Shown here piece by piece: positions 37,129 through 44,018 of a DNA stretch of 52,736 nucleotides. Position 1 is the stretch's first letter; each line of letters starts with the position of its first letter. The stretch is from an uncultured Candidatus Saccharibacteria bacterium (GTDB taxonomy: Bacteria; Patescibacteriota; Minisyncoccia; Phycocordibacterales; WO2-35-19). The stretch is taken from the NCBI GenBank assembly GCA_964440955.1, contig CAYTTP010000004.1:1-52736 (forward strand). The letters run 5' to 3'. The translations under genes were made by a program, and so were the position numbers. The notes beneath the pieces are model-generated. The model did not search any database. It saw only the letters and a program-made list of their open reading frames with translations, and was not told the DNA's origin.

Positions 37129-38265
37129 TTATCTAACAGTAGCGCCGTATAGCTCGGTTGTCTTCATTTCCAAAGACCGGTGTAAGGCATCAACCTCTTC
37201 ACCGGTCAATGTTTTTTCGAGGGAGCGATAGGTAATACGGTAAGCGTATGATTTTTTATCATTACCAAATTTGGCGTCATTTTCGTATTCGTCGAGGAGC
37301 TTCACTTCCTCGATCATGTCTTCACCCACTGTCTCCCTTATCACATCAAAATAGTCATTGGGTACAAACTTTTTTGAAACAATGAAAGAAATATCGCGTA
37401 CAACCGGTGGAAACTTGCTCACTTCCTTATAAACAGTACCGAGCTTGAGTTGTCTCCGAACACGCTCATCTTCTGACCAGAGAAGACGGATGTCAGGCAA
37501 AGTCATACTAATCATCGCCCAGCGCTCTATACCCGATCCAAATGCCCATCCGTTATAGATATTTGGATCAACTCCCAACATTTCTAAAACGGAAGGCTTC
37601 ACTACACCACTTCCTAGAATTTCAAGCCAGTCATTGTCACGTTTAATCTCAATCTCTGTTGATGGGTGAGTGTAGGGGAAAGTTTCTTCTGCAAAACGTG
37701 ATTCTACATTGCCAAATATTGCCTTTACAATCTTTAGCTCTATATCTTTTAGTGTATCTAAATCTATCTTCTCTATATCTTTTGGTGCTATATAAAGTGC
37801 GTCGATCTGATGGAATACATTCATGTGGCGACTATCTATTTCATCTTTTCGATAGACCTTACCATAACAAAAGACTCCCAAAGGTTCCTTCCTAGCAAGT
37901 TTCTCCCTAACTTCTGGTTGATTGAAATAGTAATACCACATCACAGTAGTTTGAGTACGCAATATGTGATCTTCGCCTATATAATAGGTGTCAGATTTAT
38001 TTCTAGCTGGATGATTGGCGGGAAAATCGAACAGATCAAAAGCGATCTTGGTAGACATTATCTCCGGTACATGTATAACATCAAATATCTTAAAATCAGG
38101 TATAGCAATAATACGTTGGACTAGCTCAAAAATAGGGCTACCTTCTGTCCGAGAGAGGTCAGGCATTGATAAGTAGCGCTTCATACGAAGAGCTTCAGCG
38201 TCAGAGCGCGCTTCGAGTTCATTCTTTAATTGATTTTCTTCTTCCTTAGAAATGACGTATTCCAT
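37129..38265 (-). CDS. pheS: Phenylalanyl-tRNA synthetase catalytic (alpha-like) core fused to a C-terminal FDX-ACB domain (monomeric, mitochondrial-type architecture)
   Basis: FPANHPARNKSDTYYI, GKVYRKDEIDSRHMNVFHQID, GWAFGSGIERWAMI, then SKFPPVVRDISFIV...KSYAYRITYRSLEKTLTGEEVD (pattern normally at the PheT C-terminus). Confidence 0.8.
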   Translation of the reverse strand: MEYVISKEEENQLKNELEARSDAEALRMKRYLSMPDLSRTEGSPIFELVQRIIAIPDFKIFDVIHVPEIMSTKIAFDLFDFPANHPARNKSDTYYIGEDHILRTQTTVMWYYYFNQPEVREKLARKEPLGVFCYGKVYRKDEIDSRHMNVFHQIDALYIAPKDIEKIDLDTLKDIELKIVKAIFGNVESRFAEETFPYTHPSTEIEIKRDNDWLEILGSGVVKPSVLEMLGVDPNIYNGWAFGSGIERWAMISMTLPDIRLLWSEDERVRRQLKLGTVYKEVSKFPPVVRDISFIVSKKFVPNDYFDVIRETVGEDMIEEVKLLDEYENDAKFGNDKKSYAYRITYRSLEKTLTGEEVDALHRSLEMKTTELYGATVR

Positions 38266-38383
38266 CCTTTTATGGTCTCAAATTTCTCCCAAAAATGCAA
38301 AAAATCTACAAAATACGGCTTCCTATTTGCCTCAAAATTTGCTATACTATAATCTACAACTTATTACATTTATCTATATACCG

Positions 38384-40468
38384 ATGGCTAAAGGCGAAGA
38401 AAAAAAGAAAGACTCGTACGGAGCGGACTCGATCACCGTCCTTGAAGGACTCGAGCCAGTGCGCAAACGCCCAGGTATGTACATCGGTACAACCGGTCCT
38501 GACGGCCTCCACCACCTCATTTGGGAAATTTTTGACAACTCTCGTGATGAAGCGATGGGTGGCCACGCAAACGAAATCGAAGTAGCACTACTTCCAGGCA
38601 ACCGTATCCGAGTCGTCGACAATGGTCGCGGTATCCCGGTTGATATCCACAAACAAACAAAAGTTTCGGCTCTTGAAACTATCATGACAACGTTGCATGC
38701 CGGAGGCAAGTTTGGCGGTGATGGCTACAAAGTTTCTGGAGGATTGCACGGTGTTGGAGCATCGGTCGTAAATGCGCTTTCCATTTTTTGTAAAGTGATC
38801 GTCCATAAGGACGGTGCTATGTGGGCGCAAGAATACTCCCAAGGCAAAAAAAAGGCACCAGTCAAACAGGTGGGCAAAACCAAAGAAAAGGGAACGGTGG
38901 TCATGTTTGAACCGGATAAAGCGATTTTCCCTTCAACTGACTTTGACTTCAACCGCATAGTCAACCATCTCCGACAACAAGCCTACCTTGTCAAAGGTCT
39001 CCGCATAACCGTACTTGACTTGCGCGAATACCAAGGAAAAGTCGACTTTTCAGAAGAATTTATGCTCCGCCCGCTATCTCTAAACGCTCCTTCTATGGGC
39101 TTCTATTTTGAAGGAGGCCTCGTCTCTCTAATTAGCTTTTATAATCACAACCAAAAACCGATCCATAAAAATATTTTCTACGTTGAAAAATACAACGAAA
39201 ATTTTGAAGGTGTTGAAATCGCTCTCCAATATGTCGATGACATTTCAGCTCGTATCATGCCCTTCGCCAACAATATCTACAACGGTGAAGGGGGTACTCA
39301 TATCACCGGCTTCAAAACCGCACTCACAAGAACCCTCAACACCTACGGCAAGAAAAACAATTTAATCAAAGAGAGTGACGAAAGCTTCACTGGAGAGGAC
39401 GTCCTTGAAGGACTCACGGCTGTGGTTTCGGTCAAACTACGTGAAATCCAATTTGAAGGTCAAACCAAAGGTAAACTTGGGAGCGTCGAGGCAAAAGGTA
39501 TGGTAGAGAGTGCTTTTGGCGACGCCTTCTCCTCATATTTGGAAGAAAATCCTGACGATGCTCGGGCAATGATTAACAAAGTGATCCTCGCTCTCCGTGC
39601 TCGCAAGGCAGCGAAGGCGGCTAAGGACTCGATCCTCCGCAAAGGCGCCCTCGAAGGAATGACCTTGCCCGGCAAACTTGCCGACTGTCAAAGCAAATCA
39701 GCCGAAGAGTCCGAGCTATTTATCGTAGAGGGAGATTCGGCGGGTGGTACCGCAAAGACTGGTCGTGATCGACGTACTCAAGCGATACTTCCACTTCGAG
39801 GCAAAATATTGAACATTGAGCGTGCCCGCCTTGACCGCATGCTCGCCTCCGAGCAAATCAAAAATCTAGTCGTTGCTCTTGGTACAGCAATAGGTGACAC
39901 CTTTGATATCGAAAAGCTTCGCTACCACAAAATGATTATCGCAACCGATGCCGACGTAGACGGTGCTCACATCCGCACCCTCATCCTCACTCTCATGTAT
40001 CGCTATTTCCGTCCACTCATTGATGGAGGCTTCGTCTATATCGCCCAACCACCCCTCTTTAAAATAAAATACGGCAAGGAAATATTTTATGCCTACTCTG
40101 ATGAAGAGAAGAACGAAGTCTACAAAAAACTTGGATTTGACTTAAACAAAGTGACAGTCGAAGAAACAACCGAGGCCGACGAACAAAATGAAGAAGGCGA
40201 TGAGGCTACTTCTGCTTCTTCTAAAACTACGACGGGCCAAGGCCAAAAGAAAGCGCCCCCTGCTCAACGTTACAAAGGTCTGGGTGAAATGAATGCCGAA
40301 GAACTATGGGAGACAACCATGGATCCAAAACGTCGCATCTTAAAGCAGGTGACGATCGAAGACGCCCAAGAAGCTGACAAAATTTTTGATGTCTTGATGG
40401 GTACTGATGTCCCATCTCGCAAATCCTTCATCCAATCCAACGCCAAGATGGCAAACATAGACGCTTAG
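38384..40468 (+). CDS. gyrB: DNA gyrase subunit B
   Basis: YGADSITVLEGLEPVRKRPGMYIG, GGLHGVGASVVNALS, EGDSAGG, PLRGKILN, acidic insert before QRYKGLGEM; start set to ATG 38384. Confidence 0.95.
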   Translation: MAKGEEKKKDSYGADSITVLEGLEPVRKRPGMYIGTTGPDGLHHLIWEIFDNSRDEAMGGHANEIEVALLPGNRIRVVDNGRGIPVDIHKQTKVSALETIMTTLHAGGKFGGDGYKVSGGLHGVGASVVNALSIFCKVIVHKDGAMWAQEYSQGKKKAPVKQVGKTKEKGTVVMFEPDKAIFPSTDFDFNRIVNHLRQQAYLVKGLRITVLDLREYQGKVDFSEEFMLRPLSLNAPSMGFYFEGGLVSLISFYNHNQKPIHKNIFYVEKYNENFEGVEIALQYVDDISARIMPFANNIYNGEGGTHITGFKTALTRTLNTYGKKNNLIKESDESFTGEDVLEGLTAVVSVKLREIQFEGQTKGKLGSVEAKGMVESAFGDAFSSYLEENPDDARAMINKVILALRARKAAKAAKDSILRKGALEGMTLPGKLADCQSKSAEESELFIVEGDSAGGTAKTGRDRRTQAILPLRGKILNIERARLDRMLASEQIKNLVVALGTAIGDTFDIEKLRYHKMIIATDADVDGAHIRTLILTLMYRYFRPLIDGGFVYIAQPPLFKIKYGKEIFYAYSDEEKNEVYKKLGFDLNKVTVEETTEADEQNEEGDEATSASSKTTTGQGQKKAPPAQRYKGLGEMNAEELWETTMDPKRRILKQVTIEDAQEADKIFDVLMGTDVPSRKSFIQSNAKMANIDA

Positions 40469-40519
40469 TCATATTTGAGGTATATTTTTTACAGAAAGGA
40501 ATAGTGGTGGTAAGAAAAA

Positions 40520-40654
40520 ATGCCAATGAATAGGTCTTTCTTAAGACCCCCAACCAAGAAGCATCCGCTACCGAAGGACCTGAAGATTCTTTTCGGTATC
40601 GTCTATGGCGCATCAGCTATATTGCTGATCGTCAACTACATAATCAACAGATAA
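40520..40654 (+). CDS. Small membrane peptide candidate (44 aa), not in the ORF track
   Basis: MPMNRSFLRPPTKKHPLPKDLKILFGIVYGASAILLIVNYIINR; TAA followed immediately by a terminator hairpin. Confidence 0.35.
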   Translation: MPMNRSFLRPPTKKHPLPKDLKILFGIVYGASAILLIVNYIINR

Positions 40655-40678
40655 GCCCGCGTGAAAGCGCGGGCTTTC
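40655..40678 (+). terminator. Hairpin terminator, copy 1 (GCCCGCG-TGAAA-GCGCGGGC then TTTC)
   Basis: The 23-mer CCCGCGTGAAAGCGCGGGCTTTC (40656-40678) is identical to 41080-41102. Confidence 0.75.
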
Positions 40679-40681
40679 GCA

Positions 40682-40710
40682 TTGACTTTTAGCTGTAGAT
40701 TGGATAGGTT
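40682..40710 (+). promoter_or_regulatory. Sigma70-like promoter TTGACT-N17-TAGGTT for the 40732 orphan
   Basis: TTGACTtttagctgtagattggaTAGGTT; GGGAGG SD 10 nt before the ATG. Confidence 0.45.
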
Positions 40711-40731
40711 ATCTCGGGAGGTTCAAAATAA

Positions 40732-41088
40732 ATGCGACCAATCGTACGATTTCAAATCACACCATCCACTTCGGAAAAGGATGGCAAAACCACCTACCGA
40801 ATGGATGTGGTAGTAAACAACCACACCAGATCAAGGCAGACACGGCTCCGCTCAAGGCTTTTCAGGTGGCTCGACTTGGTCCTCGACAAAGAGGAGGAGC
40901 AGTATCGAGAACTTCAGGCAACACTCGATGAAGTCCAGACCGGATTCTTTGAGCAAGGTCTGCGCAACGGACTAAAATACAGGAAAGCTCTCGAAAGAGC
41001 TACCCAAATGGTGAGTCTAGTCGAACTCCGAGCAAATGGTTACGATCTCGGAGAACCTGACAAAGAAAAAGAAAGGAGTCCCGCGTGA
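40732..41088 (+). CDS. Orphan protein (118 aa, basic/helical)
   Basis: ORF with own promoter and SD; the last codons and TGA stop lie inside terminator copy 2. Confidence 0.5.
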   Translation: MRPIVRFQITPSTSEKDGKTTYRMDVVVNNHTRSRQTRLRSRLFRWLDLVLDKEEEQYRELQATLDEVQTGFFEQGLRNGLKYRKALERATQMVSLVELRANGYDLGEPDKEKERSPA

Positions 41089-41102
41089 AAGCGCGGGCTT
41101 TC
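41080..41102 (+). terminator. Hairpin terminator, copy 2
   Basis: CCCGCGTGAAAGCGCGGGCTTTC, identical 23-mer to copy 1. Confidence 0.75.
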
Positions 41103-41121
41103 ACGTTTATATTATAAAAAA

Positions 41122-42864
41122 CTAAGAACGATCTTTAATTTCCTTTTGCAAAAGCTCGACAAATTTTTCGAGAGAGAGCGAGCCAACTTTTTCATTTCGG
41201 CTTTCAACCGCTACCTCTTTAGCTTCAACTTCCTTGTCACCTAGAACAATCCAATAAGGTACCTTCTCAACTTTTGCATTCCGCACCTTTTTACCAAGGT
41301 TATCATCTGCCAAATCGATATCAGCTCTTATACCAAATGATTTTAATGCATCACAAACTTCTTTTGCATACTCGTTGTGGCTATCACGCACCGGTATCAC
41401 TCGCACCTGTACAGGCGAGAGCCAAAGAGGGAAGTTGCCCGCGAAATGTTCAATCATAACTCCCATAAAACGCTCTAAAGAACCTGAAATTGCTCTGTGA
41501 ATAACTACCGGTCTTTCTTTTTCACCCTTTTCATTTGTAAATGATAGATCAAATCGTTCTGGCAAATTAAAATCACATTGTATTGTCGCTAGTTGCCACT
41601 CACGACCAATCGCATCTTCAAACATAAAATCTAATTTTGGTCCATAAAAAGCAGCTTCACCGGGTCCGGCTTTATAATTTAAATTATTTTGGATAGCAAC
41701 TTCTTCCAATATTTTTTCTGCGGTAGCCCAATTTTCTTCGGTACCAATATACATACTTTTATCATCACCTCGAGTTGATAATCTAACCCAGTATCCATCA
41801 AACATTCCCATTGTTTGATAAAATTCTTTTATAATTTCAACAATAATTGTAGCTTCATCTTTAATTTGAGACATTCTACAAAACAGGTGTCCATCGTCTT
41901 GAGTAATAGCGCGAACGCGAGTAAGTCCAGAAAGTTGACCTTTCTTTTCATCTCTATATATCGTTGCTGGTTCAAAATATCTAACAGGCATATCACGATA
42001 AGAAAATTGGTTATCTGCGAATATCTGCATATGATGAGGACAATTCATCGGCTTCATAAAAAACTTTTCTTCTTTACCTTGCACTCTAAAAAGTTCATCT
42101 CCAAATTTTGATGCGTGACCGGATGTCTCATAAAGCGCCTCTTTTGCAATATGAGGTGTCCAAACTCGATAATAACCCTTATCTTTATGAAGGTTCCATA
42201 GATAATCTTCGATTTCTTTTCTAATAATCATCCCGTTCGGTTGCATAAGAGGAAGACCAGAACCAATCAATTCAGATACACTAAATAATTTCATCTCTTT
42301 CCCTATGATTCTATGGTCTCTCTTCTTAGCTTCTTCTATTTGCCATTCATATTTTTCAAGCTCTTCTTTAGTATCAAAAGCCAGCCCATAAATACGAGTA
42401 AGCATTTTATTTTTTTCATCACCACGCCAATATGCGCCCGCAATTCTTTCTAACTTAAAGGAATCTGCATTAATTTCTTTTGCAGGGTTTTCGCTATGCC
42501 CTCCACGACAAAGATCTACAAAATCACCACTCGTGTAAAAAGTAATTTTCTCTCCTTTTTCAGCTAGATCATGAATGAGCTCAAGTTTGTATGGATTATC
42601 CTTCCAATATTCTTTTGCTTCTTCTATAGACACTTCTTTACCATGAAAGGTAGTCCATGAAGGAAGGAGTTCCTTCATTTTATTTTCTATTTTATTTAGA
42701 TCAGATTCGGAAATAGGGGAAGAGAATTCAAAATCATAATAAAAACCATTTTCGACAGCGGGGCCAATAGTTGCCTTTGCGTCAGGGTAAAACTCTTTAA
42801 CTGCAGCCGCTAAAAGATGAGCCAGAGAATGCCTCTTTTTGTCTAGGTTTGTTGTTTCTTTCAT
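41122..42864 (-). CDS. thrS: Threonyl-tRNA synthetase (no N-terminal TGS domain)
   Basis: Starts in the editing/second-additional domain (RHSLAHLLAAAV), class II core RVRAITQDDGHLFC, anticodon-binding C-terminus; 580 aa. Confidence 0.92.
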   Translation of the reverse strand: MKETTNLDKKRHSLAHLLAAAVKEFYPDAKATIGPAVENGFYYDFEFSSPISESDLNKIENKMKELLPSWTTFHGKEVSIEEAKEYWKDNPYKLELIHDLAEKGEKITFYTSGDFVDLCRGGHSENPAKEINADSFKLERIAGAYWRGDEKNKMLTRIYGLAFDTKEELEKYEWQIEEAKKRDHRIIGKEMKLFSVSELIGSGLPLMQPNGMIIRKEIEDYLWNLHKDKGYYRVWTPHIAKEALYETSGHASKFGDELFRVQGKEEKFFMKPMNCPHHMQIFADNQFSYRDMPVRYFEPATIYRDEKKGQLSGLTRVRAITQDDGHLFCRMSQIKDEATIIVEIIKEFYQTMGMFDGYWVRLSTRGDDKSMYIGTEENWATAEKILEEVAIQNNLNYKAGPGEAAFYGPKLDFMFEDAIGREWQLATIQCDFNLPERFDLSFTNEKGEKERPVVIHRAISGSLERFMGVMIEHFAGNFPLWLSPVQVRVIPVRDSHNEYAKEVCDALKSFGIRADIDLADDNLGKKVRNAKVEKVPYWIVLGDKEVEAKEVAVESRNEKVGSLSLEKFVELLQKEIKDRS

Positions 42865-42870
42865 TTCTGT

Positions 42871-42879
42871 ATAGTAGCA
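42871..42879 (-). promoter_or_regulatory. Extended -10 box TGcTACTAT, 6 nt before the thrS ATG (candidate leaderless promoter)
   Basis: Minus strand TGCTACTAT-ACAGAA-ATG. Confidence 0.5.
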
Positions 42880-42985
42880 AAAAATAATAAAAATGGAATG
42901 GATCCTGCAGATCTATCGGCCACACACTTACGTCTAACATTGCCTAGCCGAGAGGTTTGTTTTTTATTTATAACTCTATAAAAAA

Positions 42986-43012
42986 GTAACCCCAGGGACT
43001 CCGGTAACCCCA
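42986..43012. repeat. Direct repeat GTAACCCCAG x2 (17-nt period) in the thrS / PaaX-like intergenic region
   Basis: GTAACCCCAG at 42986-42995 and 43003-43012. Confidence 0.5.
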
Positions 43013-43060
43013 GAAATCGTCTGATCTTTTCAAACCTCTTCAAAATTACACGATTATAAC

Positions 43061-43092
43061 ATACAACTTTTCACGGCCGTGAAAAATTGTAT
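43061..43092. promoter_or_regulatory. 32-bp near-perfect palindrome ATACAACTTTTCACGG|CCGTGAAAAATTGTAT (candidate operator or element end)
   Basis: One mismatch between half-sites; shares ends ATACA/TGTAT and core TTTCACGGnCGTGAAA with 43722-43753. Confidence 0.6.
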
Positions 43093-43142
43093 CATATAAA
43101 CAGAGAATAGATTTCGATTTTTTTACTAATTAGCTACAAAAT

Positions 43143-43703
43143 GTGCAGGAAAGAACAAAAGAAAAAATAAGATCGGTCAGTGAGAGTATTTTACTGGCAG
43201 TGGGGGCTGTTGGCTTGTTGAGCATAGCATCTATGGCTCCAAATGCAGTACAACTTTTAAAATATTTAGATCCAAGCAAACGGAAAATTAAATTATATGA
43301 ACTTAATCTTAATACGCGGAGATTACTCGACAAAAAACTAATTAGGAAAGTTCAGGACGGGACTCATGAATTTTTGGAGATAACTGAGAAAGGTAGATTT
43401 GCAATAATAAAACACCAAATTGAAGGACTGAAGAATAGCAAAAATTCAAAATGGGATAAAAGATATCGAGTAGTGATTTTTGATATTGCTGAATACAAAA
43501 GGAAGGTGAGAGATAGGTTAAGAAACATTCTTCGAGGCTTTGGATTTTTATGCCTTCAGGGGAGTGTGTGGATTTACCCTTATGATTGTAATGAAATAAT
43601 TGTCTTATTAAAAGAATATTTGAAACTTGATAGAGAGATAATCTACATGACTGTAGACTCGATTGAAAACGATAAATGGCTTAGGAAAAATTTTGACTTA
43701 TAA
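43143..43703 (+). CDS. PaaX-like protein: N-terminal hydrophobic segment and winged helix, plus Cas2-fold middle domain
   Basis: KWDKRYRVVIFDIAEYKRKVRDRLRNILRGFGFLCLQGSVWIYPYD matches the W-D-x-x-W-R-hydrophobic-x-(F/Y)-D-I...GF...Q.SVW pattern of PaaX/Cas2-like domains; GTG start. Confidence 0.6.
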   Translation: MQERTKEKIRSVSESILLAVGAVGLLSIASMAPNAVQLLKYLDPSKRKIKLYELNLNTRRLLDKKLIRKVQDGTHEFLEITEKGRFAIIKHQIEGLKNSKNSKWDKRYRVVIFDIAEYKRKVRDRLRNILRGFGFLCLQGSVWIYPYDCNEIIVLLKEYLKLDREIIYMTVDSIENDKWLRKNFDL

Positions 43704-43721
43704 GCAAGGCAATACTAACCG

Positions 43722-43753
43722 ATACAGAATTTCACGGTCGTGAAATTCTGTAT
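43722..43753. promoter_or_regulatory. 32-bp near-perfect palindrome ATACAGAATTTCACGG|TCGTGAAATTCTGTAT (terminator, operator or element end)
   Basis: One mismatch between half-sites; followed by TTTTAAAA; related to 43061-43092. Confidence 0.6.
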
Positions 43754-43780
43754 TTTAAAATTGACAATATGATTAGAATC

Positions 43781-43808
43781 GAACAAAGAGGGGGCATATT
43801 CTGCCCCC
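43781..43808 (-). terminator. Terminator hairpin downstream of the 43812-43988 small ORF
   Basis: Minus strand GGGGGCA-GAATA-TGCCCCC followed by TCTTTGTTC. Confidence 0.5.
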
Positions 43809-43811
43809 ACC

Positions 43812-43988
43812 TTACTTATCTACCCACCGGAGACCCTTACTGAAAGGGAAAGTATAATCCTCAGCAGTTAATTGTTGAGATCTCTTCGTTGCCTTGATTA
43901 ATGACCTCGTCCTCTCTTCCCATTTAACTAAGGCATCATCGAGTCTAGACTTCTGTTTTCGGTCAAGTTTCTTGAACCTTTTTTTCAT
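43812..43988 (-). CDS. Small basic protein candidate (58 aa), not in the ORF track
   Basis: GGGAG 7 nt before the ATG; MKKRFKKLDRKQKSRLDDALVKWEERTRSLIKATKRSQQLTAEDYTFPFSKGLRWVDK; lies just downstream of dnaE and has a terminator. Confidence 0.4.
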   Translation of the reverse strand: MKKRFKKLDRKQKSRLDDALVKWEERTRSLIKATKRSQQLTAEDYTFPFSKGLRWVDK

Positions 43989-44018
43989 CTAATATCTCCC
44001 AAGTTAATAATAACAGGA

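Noticed and set aside
42865-43060. A T-box or other leader regulating thrS, and the ORF at 42861-43043 (-)
   Set aside because: No T-box consensus or specifier/antiterminator arrangement is present, and thrS has an extended -10 box 6 nt from its ATG. The 60-aa ORF has no signals and overlaps promoter DNA.
43143-43703. A CRISPR-Cas locus, suggested by the Cas2-like domain
   Set aside because: No repeat-spacer array, cas1 or effector genes occur anywhere in the window. The domain context (winged helix plus Cas2 fold) fits PaaX-like regulators instead.
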